A DNA stretch of 64,000 bases from Methanosarcinales archaeon (GTDB taxonomy: Archaea; Halobacteriota; UBA148; JAUWXC01). Position numbers and translations under genes: made by a program. The notes below the pieces were generated by a model that saw nothing but the letters and a program-made list of their open reading frames with translations, was not told the DNA's origin and did not search any database. The first letter of the stretch is position 1, and every line of letters begins with the position of its first letter. The stretch lies in the NCBI GenBank assembly GCA_026016205.1, contig CP061209.1:448433-512432 (forward strand), given 5' to 3'. Below are positions 26,544-38,508 of this stretch, in pieces.

Positions 26544-28133
26544 ATGGCTGACATATACGCAAATGCAAGATCCACAACTGGCACTGCTACGCGGGTGAAG
26601 GACATAAGTCCCACAAGCGGCATGTGCCCAATTTGTGTAAAGAGTTGTAACGTCTTATGTGAAATCAGCAAGTCTGCGTTCAGGGGCAGAGAGGTATTGT
26701 ATCCGGCGCCTGAAGAGTTCGGACATAGCACGGCTGCATCCAATAAGGATTATGGGCTGGACTGGTCGCATTTCCAGATACTGACCGAGGTATTGGGAGC
26801 AGAAGGAATCGAGCCAGAACCAGACAAGGCGGTTTTCCCGGCAGTGGACATTAAAACGTCTGTCGGAGGGGTGCCACTTAAAGTGCCCGTATTCACGGCA
26901 GGACTGGGGTCCACGGCGGTAGCGAAAAATTACTGGGATGGGTTGGCCGTAGGTGCGGCAATCTCCGGCACAATCCAGGTAATTGGAGAGAATGTCTGCG
27001 GAATGGACATGAACTCGAAAGTCACGGATGGACAGGTAACGCACTCAGACGACCTCAAGTACAGGGTTGAGAAATACAGGGAATTCTGGGATGGTGTGCA
27101 TGGTGACATTGTCGTCCAGACCAATGTGGAAGACATGCGGTTGGGTGTGGACAAGTACGCTCTTTCCAAGTTAGAAGTTAATGTCATCGAGAGAAAATGG
27201 GGACAGGGTGCCAAAGCAATCGGCGGCGAGGTGAGAATATCAGACCTTGCCAAGGCGATAGAACTGAAAAGAAGAGGGTACGTTGTGATTCCAGATCCAG
27301 AGGACGAGAGCGTACAAAAGGCATTCAAAGAGGGCACATTCAAGACATTTGAGAGGCACAGCAGGGTCGGATTCCCTACGCACGAGTGTTTTGTAGAGGA
27401 TGTAGAAAACCTCAGAAAGCAGGGTGCCAAACATGTATTCCTCAAGACCGGAGCATACAGGCCTGCAGTAGTGGCATTCACGCTCAAGGCGGCATCGGAG
27501 GCGAAGATCGATTTGCTCACATTCGATGGTGCAGGCGGAGGGACGGGCATGAGCCCAGTGCCGATGATGAACGAGTGCAGTACGCCCACAGTGTATCTGC
27601 AGGCACAGGTCATGAAATGTATAGGATTGTTGAAAAAGAAGGGCAGATATGTGCCAGATATCGCATTTGCCGGCGGGTTCGTCAACGAGGCGCAGATATT
27701 CAAGTCGATTGCGATGAGCAATCTCGGTGATGGTCCGCATGTGAAGGCGATAGCAATGGCCAGGGCCCCAATAACCGCGGTGATGAAGTCAGAGCACTTT
27801 GTAGAGCTTGCGAAGGAAAACAAATTGCCAAAGTCATTTGTGGAGAAATACGGCGCGAATCCAGAGCAGTTCTTCATCATGATGTCCGAGTTGGAGGAGA
27901 CGTATGGCGCGCGCGCCAAGGATATCCCAGCTGGAGCGGTTGGGCTGTATACCTACTACGTGGACCGGCTTGGAATAGGGCTTAAGCAGTTGCTGGCAGG
28001 TTCGAGAAGGTTCAAGTTGGATCTGCTGAGCAGAAATGACATAGCATCCTTATCAGAGGTTGCAGCAAAAGTCACTGGCATTCCTACGCTCGAAGAGATT
28101 GAGAACGATGCCATAGAGAGTATTCTTGGCTAA
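26544..28133 (+). CDS. Glutamate synthase-related FMN-binding domain protein (GltB domain 2-like)
   Basis: N-terminal Cys cluster CPICVKSCNVLC and an FDGAGGGTG motif characteristic of the GltS FMN domain. Confidence 0.6.
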   Translation: MADIYANARSTTGTATRVKDISPTSGMCPICVKSCNVLCEISKSAFRGREVLYPAPEEFGHSTAASNKDYGLDWSHFQILTEVLGAEGIEPEPDKAVFPAVDIKTSVGGVPLKVPVFTAGLGSTAVAKNYWDGLAVGAAISGTIQVIGENVCGMDMNSKVTDGQVTHSDDLKYRVEKYREFWDGVHGDIVVQTNVEDMRLGVDKYALSKLEVNVIERKWGQGAKAIGGEVRISDLAKAIELKRRGYVVIPDPEDESVQKAFKEGTFKTFERHSRVGFPTHECFVEDVENLRKQGAKHVFLKTGAYRPAVVAFTLKAASEAKIDLLTFDGAGGGTGMSPVPMMNECSTPTVYLQAQVMKCIGLLKKKGRYVPDIAFAGGFVNEAQIFKSIAMSNLGDGPHVKAIAMARAPITAVMKSEHFVELAKENKLPKSFVEKYGANPEQFFIMMSELEETYGARAKDIPAGAVGLYTYYVDRLGIGLKQLLAGSRRFKLDLLSRNDIASLSEVAAKVTGIPTLEEIENDAIESILG

Positions 28134-28148
28134 GGTTAGTGACAATAA

Positions 28149-28958
28149 ATGAAAAAAATTATTCCTTGCTTAGATACAACGCTTGACGAAAAGGGGAACG
28201 CCGTAGTGGTCAAGGGCGTGGAATTTGAAGAACTTAAATATGCCGGCGACCCGGTTGAACTTGCGAGAAAGTACGATAGAGAAGGGGCGGATGAACTCGT
28301 TTTTCTGGACATTACCGCCTCGACAGAGGGGCGAGAGAGGATGGCCGATATACCGAGAAAGATAGTGGAGCAAATCTCAATTCCACTGTGCGTTGGAGGT
28401 GGCATAAGAACTTTGGATGATTTCAAGAAGGTCTTTGACGCTGGGGCAGCCAAAGCAGGCGTTAACACTGCCGCGGTCAAAAATCCTGAATTGATAAGGG
28501 ATGCTGCAAAGGAGTTCGGTTCTGAACGAGTGGTGGCTGCGGTTGACTGCAAGCGTGCATTTGATAGCACAGAGAACAAAACCATGCTGGAACTCGAAGA
28601 TGGTAGCAAGGCATGGTACGACGTTGTCATCCATGGAGGCAAGACATCGACAGGGAAGGACGCCGTCCAGTGGGCATTGGAAGTGGAGAGATTGGGCGCT
28701 GGCGCAATTTTACTCACCTCTAAAGACAGAGATGGAACCAAAGATGGGTATGACATACCCATCACCAGAGCAATAGCAGAGGCAGTTGACATACCTGTAA
28801 TTGCATCAGGAGGATGTGGCAACCTGGAGCACATGTACGAGGCGTTTGCTAATGGAGTGGATGCATGCCTGGCTGCAAGCATATTTCATTATGGGGAATA
28901 TACAATCAAAGAGGCAAAGGAATATCTAAAAGCAAAAGGCATCCAGGTTAAGATATAA
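28149..28958 (+). CDS. hisF: Imidazole glycerol phosphate synthase cyclase subunit
   Basis: [33 protein letters not shown] and ASGGCG motifs. Confidence 0.9.
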   Translation: MKKIIPCLDTTLDEKGNAVVVKGVEFEELKYAGDPVELARKYDREGADELVFLDITASTEGRERMADIPRKIVEQISIPLCVGGGIRTLDDFKKVFDAGAAKAGVNTAAVKNPELIRDAAKEFGSERVVAAVDCKRAFDSTENKTMLELEDGSKAWYDVVIHGGKTSTGKDAVQWALEVERLGAGAILLTSKDRDGTKDGYDIPITRAIAEAVDIPVIASGGCGNLEHMYEAFANGVDACLAASIFHYGEYTIKEAKEYLKAKGIQVKI

Positions 28959-29006
28959 CCTCCTTTTAGTAAATATCATATAGGGAGAGCTCAATTCATT
29001 GGTAGA

Positions 29007-30347
29007 GTGATTCGTGTGAGTGCAAAAGCTGTAGACAGGATATATGAGTTGGTTGAAAAACACGATGTAAGATTCGTTAGGCTGCAGTTCATAGACATTA
29101 TGGGCATCGTGAAAAACGTGGCAATCCCCATCTCACAATTAGAGAAGGCACTCGCAGGCGAATTGATGTTCGACGGTTCTTCTATTGAAGGATTTGTGCG
29201 AATCGAAGAATCTGACATGTATCTGAAGCCAGACCCGGCCACTTTTACCATTTTTCCATGGAAATCAAATGGCGTCACGGTTGCACGACTGATATGTGAT
29301 GTATATAATTCTGATGACAAACCGTTCGAGGGCTGCCCGAGAAACAATCTAAAAAAGGTACTGAACGAAGCAGAGAAGCTGGGATTCACGATGAACGCGG
29401 GCCCAGAGGCGGAATTCTTCCTCTTCTTGAAAGATGAAAATGGTGGCGTGACCACAAAAACGCATGACCAGGGCGGCTATTTTGACCTGTCTCCCGTGGA
29501 TTTGGGCGAAAATGCAAGGAGGGATACAGTGCTAACTCTTGAAGATATGGGGTTTGAGATTGAAGCATCTCATCATGAAGTTGCCCCCGGCCAGCATGAG
29601 ATTGACTTCAAGCATGCAGATGCGCTTACGACAGCGGACCGCTTGGTAACATTAAAGTTCGTAGTCAGAATTGTCGCACAAAAGCACGGTTTGCACGCGA
29701 CGTTCATGCCAAAGCCGCTCTTTGGAGAATATGGCTCTGGAATGCATGTGCACCAGTCCTTGTTCAAGAATGGCAAGAATGCATTCTATGATCCGAACTC
29801 GTCATACCAACTGAGCGATGTTGCCAGGCATTATATGGGTGGATTGCTGGTCCATGCAAAGGGGTACACGGCAATCACAAACCAGTTGGTCAACTCGTAC
29901 AAGCGGCTTGTACCAGGGTACGAAGCGCCGGTATACATCGCATGGTCAGAGCAGAACAGGTCTCCATTGGTGAGAGTGCCCGCACGCAGAGAGGCCGGAA
30001 CAAGAGTAGAATTGCGAAATCCAGATCCAGCATGCAATCCCTATCTTGCAATATCAGTGATGTTAAAAGCTGGCTTGGACGGCATCAAGAACAAAATCGA
30101 CCTTGGTGAGCCAGTTAACAAGAATATATACACGATGTCCCTTCAGGAAAGGAGGGAACTGGGAATCAAAACGCTTCCGAAAAGTCTTGATGAAGCGCTG
30201 GACGAGCTTGCTAAAGATGAGGTAATTAAATCTGCATTAGGCGAGCATATCTACGAGCATTTTGTCGATGCCAAGCGGGCAGAATGGAGCGCATACAGGG
30301 CGCAAGTACATCAGTGGGAAGTCGACAGGTACATCAGCGTTTTTTAA
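29007..30347 (+). CDS. glnA: Glutamine synthetase type I
   Basis: [18 protein letters not shown] and [10 protein letters not shown] motifs. GTG start. Confidence 0.9.
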   Translation: MIRVSAKAVDRIYELVEKHDVRFVRLQFIDIMGIVKNVAIPISQLEKALAGELMFDGSSIEGFVRIEESDMYLKPDPATFTIFPWKSNGVTVARLICDVYNSDDKPFEGCPRNNLKKVLNEAEKLGFTMNAGPEAEFFLFLKDENGGVTTKTHDQGGYFDLSPVDLGENARRDTVLTLEDMGFEIEASHHEVAPGQHEIDFKHADALTTADRLVTLKFVVRIVAQKHGLHATFMPKPLFGEYGSGMHVHQSLFKNGKNAFYDPNSSYQLSDVARHYMGGLLVHAKGYTAITNQLVNSYKRLVPGYEAPVYIAWSEQNRSPLVRVPARREAGTRVELRNPDPACNPYLAISVMLKAGLDGIKNKIDLGEPVNKNIYTMSLQERRELGIKTLPKSLDEALDELAKDEVIKSALGEHIYEHFVDAKRAEWSAYRAQVHQWEVDRYISVF

Positions 30348-31146
30348 TGATTAGACTGAAATTCAGCCATCTCGCCGAATGTGTTAACATGCCCATAGAA
30401 ATCACATCCGCGCCTGTATCTGCATAATTATCCAAATTATCAAGCGTGATTCCGCCAGATGCTTCAAGTTTCACACGTTCACGCAGACCGTTTTCTTTTA
30501 ACAATCTAATCGCGTCCTTGATTTTATCCGGACTCATATTATCAAACATTATTATATCAGCGCCGAGTTGTGCTGCCTTAAGCGCATCCGCAACGTTGTC
30601 GACCTCTACCTCTATTTCTTTCTTGGGATACATCCTCTTCGCGTTTTTAATCGCGTTTTCCAGCCCTGCAACTGCAATATGGTTATCCTTGAGCAATACG
30701 GCTTCAGCCAAATTATACCGGTGTGGACATCCTCCCCCTAACATAATGGCTTTTTTCTCGAATTCTCTGAACCCTGGCGTGGTTTTTCTGGTGCCAGCGA
30801 CTGTGACGCCCTTGCTCCTCTGGACACACTCTCTGGTTATGGTAGCAATGCCGCTCATCCTACCCAGGATGTTCAGCGCCGTTCGCTCTGCCGCGAGAAT
30901 GAACCTAGCGTTTCCACTTATCTCCAGAACAACGTCGTCCCTCTTGATTTTGGCACCATCGCTAAACACAGTCTGCGTCTCAAGCCCAAAGTGCTCGAAT
31001 ACCTGCTTCCCTTCCTCAAGTCCGGCCAAGACGCCATCTTCACAGGCTTTGATGTGCGCTTTAACGTGAACATCCGGAACCACCGCTCCAGAAATGTCTC
31101 CGGAGCCAATGTCTTCCTTGAGAAATCGCTCTAGGTCGGGCATCAC
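30334..31146 (-). CDS. nadC: Nicotinate-nucleotide pyrophosphorylase (quinolinate phosphoribosyltransferase)
   Basis: GTRKTTPG motif, LKDNH, EASGGI. Confidence 0.85.
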   Translation of the reverse strand: MMPDLERFLKEDIGSGDISGAVVPDVHVKAHIKACEDGVLAGLEEGKQVFEHFGLETQTVFSDGAKIKRDDVVLEISGNARFILAAERTALNILGRMSGIATITRECVQRSKGVTVAGTRKTTPGFREFEKKAIMLGGGCPHRYNLAEAVLLKDNHIAVAGLENAIKNAKRMYPKKEIEVEVDNVADALKAAQLGADIIMFDNMSPDKIKDAIRLLKENGLRERVKLEASGGITLDNLDNYADTGADVISMGMLTHSARWLNFSLIIKKR

Positions 31147-31189
31147 AATTTCACCGTAACAATTTCATACTTCGGATATATTAGTTTCC

Positions 31190-32008
31190 TTGATGATTAA
31201 AGTAGGGATAGTTGGTTGTGGCGCCATCGGCGAGGAGATCTGTAAGGCATTTGACCAGGGCATCGTTAACGCCACTCTAACAGCGCTATCGGATCGCGAC
31301 CTTGTGTCGGCGCAGGAGATGGCCGACTCATTAAAGCACGTGAAACCAAAGGCAATGGCTATTCCTGAATTGATAGATGCCGTGGATTTGGTGGTGGAAT
31401 GTGCATCCCAGTCTGCAGTTAGGGAAGTGGCGATACTGGCGCTTGGCAAGGGCAAAGATGTCATGATCATGAGCATTGGTGCGCTGACCGATGAAGCATT
31501 ATTACACCAGATCAAAGATCTGGCGCATAAAAATGGTTGCAAGGTGTACCTGCCATCCGGCGCTATTGTGGGATTGGATGGATTAAAATCCGCCTCGACA
31601 GCAAAGATTGACTCGGTTACGCTCACTACCAGAAAGCCGCCTACATCGCTCGAGGGTGCGCCGTATATCGTGCAACATAAGATAGACCTGGACGCATTGA
31701 AAAAAGCCACCATCATGTTTGAAGGAAGTGCTGAAGAGGCGGCAAAGGGATTTCCAGCCAATGTAAACGTGGCAGCTACGCTTAGCCTTGCTGGCATAGG
31801 CGCTAAACAGACAAAAGTTCGCATCATAGCAGACCCCGCACTGAAGAGGAACGTTCACGAAATTCACGTGGGAGGGGACTTTGGCAGGTTCGAAACGAGG
31901 GTTGAAAATGTTCCATCACCTAGCAATCCCAAGACGAGTTATCTGGCTGCGCTATCCGCAATCGCCACCTTGAAAAAGATTACAGAGCCAATCCAAATCG
32001 GGACGTGA
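31190..32008 (+). CDS. nadX: L-aspartate dehydrogenase
   Basis: VGIVGCGAIG Rossmann motif. Length and C-terminal region are typical of the NadX family. The gene is divergent from nadC and upstream of nadA. Confidence 0.75.
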   Translation: MMIKVGIVGCGAIGEEICKAFDQGIVNATLTALSDRDLVSAQEMADSLKHVKPKAMAIPELIDAVDLVVECASQSAVREVAILALGKGKDVMIMSIGALTDEALLHQIKDLAHKNGCKVYLPSGAIVGLDGLKSASTAKIDSVTLTTRKPPTSLEGAPYIVQHKIDLDALKKATIMFEGSAEEAAKGFPANVNVAATLSLAGIGAKQTKVRIIADPALKRNVHEIHVGGDFGRFETRVENVPSPSNPKTSYLAALSAIATLKKITEPIQIGT

Positions 32009-32091
32009 AACCTTTTCCGATGAGAGTTTTTCATATCATCCAGAAACTCTTTAATTCAGCAATATAATTAATATACAATCAAGGAGCGCAG

Positions 32092-32997
32092 ATGTTACAG
32101 GACCGAATAAAGGAATTGAAGGAAGAGAGAAACGCAATCATACTCGCGCACAACTATCAAATAGGCGAGGTGCAGGATATCGCGGACTACAAGGGCGATT
32201 CTCTTGGCCTGAGCCAGAAAGCTGCAAAGAGCGATGCCGATGTAATCGTGTTCTGCGGCGTGGACTTCATGGCTGAAAGCGCCGCTATTTTGTGCCCGGA
32301 TAAAACAGTTCCGCTCCCAGAGTTAGGCGCAAAATGCCCCATGGCAGCAATGATAACAGCAAAATCATTGTGCGCGGAGAAAGAGAAGCATCCAGATGCA
32401 GTGGTGGTGTGCTATGTCAATACCACTGCAGAGGTTAAGGCGGAAAGCGATATATGCTGCACATCTGCGAATGCGATAAAAGTCGTGAATTCGCTGGACG
32501 ACAATGAAATTATCTTCGTTCCTGATAAAAATCTTGCATTATACGTGGCGGCGCACACGGATAAGAAAATTATACCATGGGAGGGGTACTGCCCAAGCCA
32601 CCATTTCATCCTGAGGAGTGACGTTCTCACTATCAAGGCAAGGCGTTCAGAGGCAGAGATACTTGTACACCCGGAGTGCAGACCGGAAGTGATAGAAATG
32701 TCAGATAAAGTACTCAGTACAGATGGCATGATCAAGTATGTGAAGGAGTCAAAGGCAAAGGAGTTCATCATTGGTACCGAGACTGGGATATTGTATCGCC
32801 TGCGCAAGGAAAATCCCGACAAGAGATTTTACCCTGCTTCTGACCGTGCTATCTGCCCTGGTATGAAGGTGAATACGCTAGACACAATAGTGAAGTCACT
32901 GGAGAACATGGAACACAAAATCATTATACCAGAAGACACACGAGTGAGGGCAAAGCAGGCATTGGACAGAATGCTAAAGGTTAGGAGAGATGATTGA
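32092..32997 (+). CDS. nadA: Quinolinate synthase
   Basis: ILAHNYQ...[14 protein letters not shown]-terminus and conserved Cys residues. Confidence 0.9.
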   Translation: MLQDRIKELKEERNAIILAHNYQIGEVQDIADYKGDSLGLSQKAAKSDADVIVFCGVDFMAESAAILCPDKTVPLPELGAKCPMAAMITAKSLCAEKEKHPDAVVVCYVNTTAEVKAESDICCTSANAIKVVNSLDDNEIIFVPDKNLALYVAAHTDKKIIPWEGYCPSHHFILRSDVLTIKARRSEAEILVHPECRPEVIEMSDKVLSTDGMIKYVKESKAKEFIIGTETGILYRLRKENPDKRFYPASDRAICPGMKVNTLDTIVKSLENMEHKIIIPEDTRVRAKQALDRMLKVRRDD

Positions 32998-33814
32998 CTA
33001 TTTTCGATTAACAAGACCGCTGAACTGCTTCATGGCTGGCATAGCAGTGGTCGTAGGGTGCCTGGTGGGCGCCGGGAGCGAGATAAACATACATGGAATC
33101 CAAGTAGCGCTTGCATTCGCGGTATGTTTTGTCGTGACTGCAGGTGGCAACACAATCAACGACTTGTACGACGTCAAAATAGATGCGATTAACAAACCAC
33201 ACAGACCCATACCGAGTGGCAGAATTAGCCCAAGAAGTGCTTTCGCATTCGCCATCAGCCTGTTTGGCATTGGTATTGTGTTATCCTACTTCATAAACCC
33301 AATATGCCTTCTCATTGCAGCGGCGAATTCGCTAGTGCTCATGGGCTACGCATATAAACTCAAAAGAACGGTGCTCTGGGGGAATGTTAGCATCGGGTAT
33401 TTGACGGGCTCAACGTTCCTGTTCGGCGGGGCAGCCGTGAACGAGATTGCAATTACCTTTGTGTTATTCATGTTAGCAGCGCTCGCAACCGTGGGCAGAG
33501 AAATCGCCAAGGATGTTGAGGACATGAAAGGTGACAAAAAAGAAGGTCTTATAACGCTACCAATTTCGGTTGGAGTGAAAAAGTCAGCCATAATTGCATC
33601 CGCATTCGCCATGATGGCTGTCGTGTTAAGCCCACTACCGATTGTACTCAGCAATTTTGGGACGTCATATCTGGTAATTGTAACGCTGGCGGATGTAATC
33701 TTATTACTGGGAACCACGATAATTGAGAAACATCCAGCCAAGTCATCATCACTTCTTAAGGTTGGAATGATGGTAGGGCTCTTGGCATTCATCATGGGAG
33801 CGATGATAGGGTGA
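32990..33814 (+). CDS. UbiA-family prenyltransferase (likely digeranylgeranylglyceryl phosphate synthase)
   Basis: [21 protein letters not shown] (NxxxDxxxD) and about 8 TM helices. Confidence 0.7.
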   Translation: MIDYFRLTRPLNCFMAGIAVVVGCLVGAGSEINIHGIQVALAFAVCFVVTAGGNTINDLYDVKIDAINKPHRPIPSGRISPRSAFAFAISLFGIGIVLSYFINPICLLIAAANSLVLMGYAYKLKRTVLWGNVSIGYLTGSTFLFGGAAVNEIAITFVLFMLAALATVGREIAKDVEDMKGDKKEGLITLPISVGVKKSAIIASAFAMMAVVLSPLPIVLSNFGTSYLVIVTLADVILLLGTTIIEKHPAKSSSLLKVGMMVGLLAFIMGAMIG

Positions 33815-33882
33815 GTTTAAATCCAAACCTATTTTATGGTAGAATGATTTAAGAGTAAAAGGGAGTATGGAGGATAAAGAGC

Positions 33883-34968
33883 ATGAAAACTACAGTAAGC
33901 GTGATCAAGGCAGATGTCGGCAGCATGCCAGGACATGTAAGAGCGCCTCAGGAATTACTGGATGTGTGCGGTGCTGTCCTAGAGAAGGGTAAAAAGGAGA
34001 ATATTTTAATTGACTTTCATGTAGCGCGGTGCGGGGATGATATCGATTTAATCATGACCCATACCAAGGGAGTAAATGCTGAGCCCGTGCACAAGCTCGC
34101 ATGGGATGCATTTGAAGAGGCGACAGCTATCGCCAAGAAGAAGAAGTTTTACGGTGCCGGACAGGATTTGCTGGCAGAGTCATTTTCTGGCAACGTCAGA
34201 GGCCTTGGACCAGGATGTGCCGAGTTCGAGATCGAAGAGCGCAAGAGCGAGCCCATTGTCGTCTTCATGATGGACAAGACCGAACCCGCATCGTTTAACC
34301 TGCCGTTCTACAAGATGTTCGCGGACCCATTCAGTACAGCCGGCCTAGTGCTCGATCCCAGTCTGCATGATGGATTCACATTCAGGGTGTTGAACGTGTA
34401 CACCGATGAAGTGGCCGAACTAAAGGCGCCAGAGGAATTATACGATTTACTCGCGATTATAGGCATCAAAAGCAAGTTCTGCGTTGAATCAGTTGCAAAG
34501 AAAACCGGCGAGCCTGCTGGTGTCATCTCGACGAATAAGTTGAATCTAATCGCAGGCAAGTACGTGGGCAAGGATGACCCTGTGGCGATTGTGAGATGCC
34601 AGAGCGGTTTCCCTGCAGTGGGCGAGGCGATGGAGGCATTCGCGTATCCCTACCTGGTCGCGGGATGGATGAGAGGCAGCCATAACGGGCCCATAATGCC
34701 TGTGTCAGTAAAAGATGCGAATCCCACGAGGTTTGACGGTCCGCCACGAGTGACCGCACTTGGATTCCAGTTGAACGATGGCATGCTGCAGGGCGCTGTT
34801 GACATGTTCGCCGACCCGTCATTTGATAGTGTCAGGGCGAAGGCGAATGAGATAGCAGATTATATGCGCCGCCATGGACCATTCCAACCACACCTACTGG
34901 ATGAAAAGGACCTGGAATACACGACGCTTCCTGCCGTCCTGGAGAAGTTGAAGGACAGATTTAAGTAA
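33883..34968 (+). CDS. fbp: Fructose-1,6-bisphosphate aldolase/phosphatase (class V FBPase)
   Basis: MKTTVSVIKADVGS.PGH N-terminus. Length is ~360 aa. Confidence 0.9.
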   Translation: MKTTVSVIKADVGSMPGHVRAPQELLDVCGAVLEKGKKENILIDFHVARCGDDIDLIMTHTKGVNAEPVHKLAWDAFEEATAIAKKKKFYGAGQDLLAESFSGNVRGLGPGCAEFEIEERKSEPIVVFMMDKTEPASFNLPFYKMFADPFSTAGLVLDPSLHDGFTFRVLNVYTDEVAELKAPEELYDLLAIIGIKSKFCVESVAKKTGEPAGVISTNKLNLIAGKYVGKDDPVAIVRCQSGFPAVGEAMEAFAYPYLVAGWMRGSHNGPIMPVSVKDANPTRFDGPPRVTALGFQLNDGMLQGAVDMFADPSFDSVRAKANEIADYMRRHGPFQPHLLDEKDLEYTTLPAVLEKLKDRFK

Positions 34969-35000
34969 TCATACAAGGAGTTTGACTGCGTCTTTACCCT

Positions 35001-35264
35001 TCATGCCACGACAATGCCCATCTCTTGGGCTTTTTCGGATGCAGGAACGATGCGCGCGTTCAGCATGTCCTCGAACGTTCTCACGCCAGAGACGATTGCC
35101 ACAGCATCGCCCAGTTTGTTCGCTGTCTCGACTGAAAAATAGCCACAGCCTATGAATCCCTTTTTGCCAACCAGCAAAAGAACGGGTGCATGCACTAACT
35201 CAAGTTTAATTCCCATAATGCACATGCCATCTACATCAATTAATTCAACCATCATTTTTTTCAT
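35001..35264 (-). CDS. DUF1805-family small protein
   Basis: An 87-aa product from the internal Met at 35264. The upstream part of the 179-aa ORF overlaps the plus-strand gene and looks non-coding. Confidence 0.5.
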   Translation of the reverse strand: MKKMMVELIDVDGMCIMGIKLELVHAPVLLLVGKKGFIGCGYFSVETANKLGDAVAIVSGVRTFEDMLNARIVPASEKAQEMGIVVA

Positions 35265-35316
35265 ATCCTTCAAAAGCTTTATTGGATTTGAAAAGAAATA
35301 CCCTTTGAGGATATAG

Positions 35317-35832
35317 ATGCCAAAGCGAACTCGAGTTATAAATGACCCTGCTGATTTGGTTCCACTGTTGCGAATGTTCAGCTCAGGTACATATAAAAAA
35401 GCGCTCCACGAACTTTCGACTGACTGGACGACAGAGCAAGAACTTGAAAAATTAATCGGAAGCGATGCTGGAAAGAGCATTGAAGCGCTCCAAAAATGCG
35501 GATTGGTGGAAAGCCAGTGGAGAATGCCAGAGCCTGGCAAGACACCTGATAAAGAATTTCACGCCTCTTACTCAAGAGTGCAGGTCAATTTTCAATGCGG
35601 GTTAGACGATTTGAGCGATTTAATTATGATAGCATCCGCCCACGAAGACAGCCTTCAAGAAACAACTGAGAAGATTCTAGATGAAGTAAAGAGTGGAAAC
35701 ACCTCCTTGACCGGATTATGCAGGGTGTTGAACAGGGAGGCTTTATTTATCAAGGGAGTGGCAAAGCGATCTAATGAGTTAGCCGTCAGGGGTCAAAGGA
35801 TCGAACTCGCCGAGGAGAGACGAGTCGCTTAA
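35317..35832 (+). CDS. Hypothetical protein, possible winged-helix regulator
   Basis: 171-aa ORF. The N-terminal region is wHTH-like (ELEKLIGSDAGKSIEALQKCGLVE). This is a weak call. Confidence 0.35.
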   Translation: MPKRTRVINDPADLVPLLRMFSSGTYKKALHELSTDWTTEQELEKLIGSDAGKSIEALQKCGLVESQWRMPEPGKTPDKEFHASYSRVQVNFQCGLDDLSDLIMIASAHEDSLQETTEKILDEVKSGNTSLTGLCRVLNREALFIKGVAKRSNELAVRGQRIELAEERRVA

Positions 35833-35926
35833 CGCTGAGATGCGAAAAAAGTGAGGTTGGCGTTAATCAACGAAAGGATGATAAAGTTATAGTGATGCCA
35901 TACGGAAATTTAACGCTGCTTATTGC

Positions 35927-36484
35927 TTAAAGCGATTTTATCCGTTCGTTCGCTCTCTTTTCAACTTCTGCATACAAATCGTTTCCATGTGCATCAATTC
36001 CCACGATGAGCGGCCCAAACTGCTTTACTTCAAAAACCCATATCGCCTCAGGCATTCCGAGATCGAACCAATGAACTTCCTTGACACGTTTAATCTGGTC
36101 GGTTGCGATGGCGGCACACCCCCCGGGATATGCCAGATAGATGCACTTTTCATACAGCGCACCCACAACACCATTCATCCCGCCTTTGCCGATGATGGCC
36201 CTGATGCCATATTTTTCCAATAACTCCGGCGTCATCTTGCTCATCCTAGCACTGGTCGTTGGTCCTACGGCAATCGGACTCCATTCCTTATTTTTTCTCA
36301 TCAGCGGCCCACAGTGAAAGATGGCTGCACCGCTCAAATCAAATGGAATTTTCTCTGAAGACAACAATCGCTCATGTGCCGTGTCCCTAGCAGTGAGGAT
36401 GATACCATCTAGGTACACCACGTCTCCTGCCCTTGGCTTTATTATGTCGGCCTTACTCAGCGGCGTTTTCAGCGTGTATTCCAT
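35927..36484 (-). CDS. Class I fumarate hydratase / tartrate dehydratase, beta subunit
   Basis: GPTTSARM motif. The gene is adjacent to the alpha subunit gene. Confidence 0.8.
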   Translation of the reverse strand: MEYTLKTPLSKADIIKPRAGDVVYLDGIILTARDTAHERLLSSEKIPFDLSGAAIFHCGPLMRKNKEWSPIAVGPTTSARMSKMTPELLEKYGIRAIIGKGGMNGVVGALYEKCIYLAYPGGCAAIATDQIKRVKEVHWFDLGMPEAIWVFEVKQFGPLIVGIDAHGNDLYAEVEKRANERIKSL

Positions 36485-36485
36485 C

Positions 36486-37328
36486 TCATCCCTCCAGCGT
36501 GACTGATGCTCTCCTGGCAGCCCAGCACTGGAAGTTTATCGCTACTGGCAATGATGCGACATGACAGTGCGCATATTCTATATTCACCTTCAACGCAGTA
36601 GTGTCTCCCCCAAGACCCATGGGGCCTATGCCAAGCGAGTTGATTGTCTCCAATAATTCCTGCTCGAGTTCATCTGATGGTTTATCCAAACGTCTAAGCG
36701 CAGCTTTCTTGGCAAGTCTTGCAGATTTGTCAAACGTGCCACCGATTCCTACACCCACGATGATTGGCGGACATGGCTTGCCACCCGCATTTTTTACGGT
36801 CTCGATGATGAAGTGCTTTACATCGTCCACTTCTGATGGCGTAAACATCCGCAACACAGACATGTTTTCCGCGCCGCCCCCTTTCGGCATCACGGTAATT
36901 TTGATGTTCTTCCCAGGAACAAAATCAAAGTTCACATCCGGGAAACCCACACCAACATTTCCAGAGTTTTTCCTAGTGAGAGGATGCACAGCATTTGGCC
37001 TGAGCGGTATTTCCTCTGTTGCCCTGGCTACGCCCTTCCTGATTGCTTCCTCTAGGTCGAAGTTTATCATTGCCTCGCGCCCGACCTCAACGAAAAAAAT
37101 GGGAACGCCAGTATCCTGGCACATGGGAATGCTGTTCTCCCTCGCGAAATCCGCATTTTTTATGATTGCGCTTAGCTGCGTTCTCGCAATGGGATTGCTT
37201 TCTCTGTCCCTTGCAGATTTCAGCGTAGCAAGTACGTCATCCGGCAGCTCTATTTCTGCCTGACGAAGCAATTGCACAACCGCAGTTATAACTTGATCCT
37301 TAGTTATCACGCCGCTCACAGCTTTCAA
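36486..37328 (-). CDS. Class I fumarate hydratase / tartrate dehydratase, alpha subunit (Fe-S type hydro-lyase)
   Basis: PMCQDTG motif and additional conserved Cys residues. Confidence 0.8.
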   Translation of the reverse strand: MKAVSGVITKDQVITAVVQLLRQAEIELPDDVLATLKSARDRESNPIARTQLSAIIKNADFARENSIPMCQDTGVPIFFVEVGREAMINFDLEEAIRKGVARATEEIPLRPNAVHPLTRKNSGNVGVGFPDVNFDFVPGKNIKITVMPKGGGAENMSVLRMFTPSEVDDVKHFIIETVKNAGGKPCPPIIVGVGIGGTFDKSARLAKKAALRRLDKPSDELEQELLETINSLGIGPMGLGGDTTALKVNIEYAHCHVASLPVAINFQCWAARRASVTLEG

Positions 37329-37436
37329 TTAGGAGACGATGTAATAAAAGGTTTCTTCGATTATTCTGCGCTGACGTATGTATAATTATATATCCGAGTG
37401 AAAATGTAATAAATAACATAAGTCCTCACAAAGGAT

Positions 37437-38468
37437 GTGTATAACATGAAATTTAAGATTGGAGCCGTTTTGGTTTTGGTGATGTTGCTAGCGATGCCGA
37501 TGATGGCAAGTGCTGTAGAGCCAACTATAACACCAACCCCTCCACCTATACCTCTGCCAGATTTAACGGTGACGGACATCACTTGGAGCCCAGAAAACCC
37601 AAAGGTTGGTGAAGGATTCAAAGTAGCACCAGTATTTAAAAACATTGGCAATGAGACTATATCAACTAATTTTGTATATGCTACTTTAATAGATGGAAAA
37701 TTACGAAGTGAGGGTGTAGTCTATCAAGTTCCATATGGATATCAAATTACACTTGCTCCAGGAGAAACTGTGGCACCAACTCCACAAACAGAATATATTT
37801 TTAGTGCAGGGGCACATGAGATTTCAATAGAAGTTGACTCACATTATACTGGTTTTGAGTATGACATCTATGAATCAAATGAGGATAACAATAAACTGAC
37901 AAAAACGATTTATGTTGTTCCAACTCCTACACCAACAGTAAGCCCTGTCCCACCCCCGACTCCGACGCCAACAGCGACTCCAACACCCATTCCAACTGTA
38001 ATTCCTACAGTAACCCCTACAACAGTAACCCCTATACCGACGCCCACGCCTACCCCGAAACCAACGATATCACCAACTCCAAGACCTAGAGGAGACTTCT
38101 CCATAACAATCGATCCCAAGTATGCGAATGTCAGCTCTAGGGCTGGTGACTCGGTTACCTACACAATCACCATATCAGCTTGGGATGAATTCGATTCGCC
38201 GATTAAAGGTAGCTTGACGGTGACGGGTCCAGGGTTTAACGAGATGTATGCACTTCCAACGCAATTTCCGCCGTATCCAAAGGCGTACACATACACCATA
38301 GACATTCCCTCGGGAACTCCACCAGGCACTTATATGGGGACGATAACCGCGACTGGAGGGGGCATAACACGCACCGATTCCACAACGCTTGAAGTACCCG
38401 GGTTTGAGGCTGTGTTCGCAATTGCTGGACTATTGGCAGTCGCATATCTAATCGGGCGAAAGGAATAG
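37437..38468 (+). CDS. Secreted CARDB-like surface protein with a Pro/Thr linker and PGF-CTERM sorting signal
   Basis: Signal peptide, PTPTP-rich linker, and C-terminal [23 protein letters not shown]. Confidence 0.75.
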   Translation: MYNMKFKIGAVLVLVMLLAMPMMASAVEPTITPTPPPIPLPDLTVTDITWSPENPKVGEGFKVAPVFKNIGNETISTNFVYATLIDGKLRSEGVVYQVPYGYQITLAPGETVAPTPQTEYIFSAGAHEISIEVDSHYTGFEYDIYESNEDNNKLTKTIYVVPTPTPTVSPVPPPTPTPTATPTPIPTVIPTVTPTTVTPIPTPTPTPKPTISPTPRPRGDFSITIDPKYANVSSRAGDSVTYTITISAWDEFDSPIKGSLTVTGPGFNEMYALPTQFPPYPKAYTYTIDIPSGTPPGTYMGTITATGGGITRTDSTTLEVPGFEAVFAIAGLLAVAYLIGRKE

Positions 38469-38508
38469 AACGGAAAGCTTAATTATTACCAAAGATGAAT
38501 GCACCCTG

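Noticed and set aside
26930-27919. Long antisense ORFs. Examples are 26930-27919, 28136-28882, 13486-14256, 14275-14979, 31165-31827, 36601-37263, 53857-54444 and 61832-62371.
   Set aside because: Each lies entirely opposite a well-supported conserved gene (gltB-like, hisF, pheT, pheS, nadX, fumarase alpha, topA, ftsY). Their products are low-complexity and Ser/Ala/Pro/Thr-rich, as is typical of shadow frames.
37910-38119. A minus-strand ORF encoding a GVGVGVG repeat protein.
   Set aside because: It is the antisense shadow of the Pro/Thr (PTPTP) linker of the PGF-CTERM protein gene on the plus strand.
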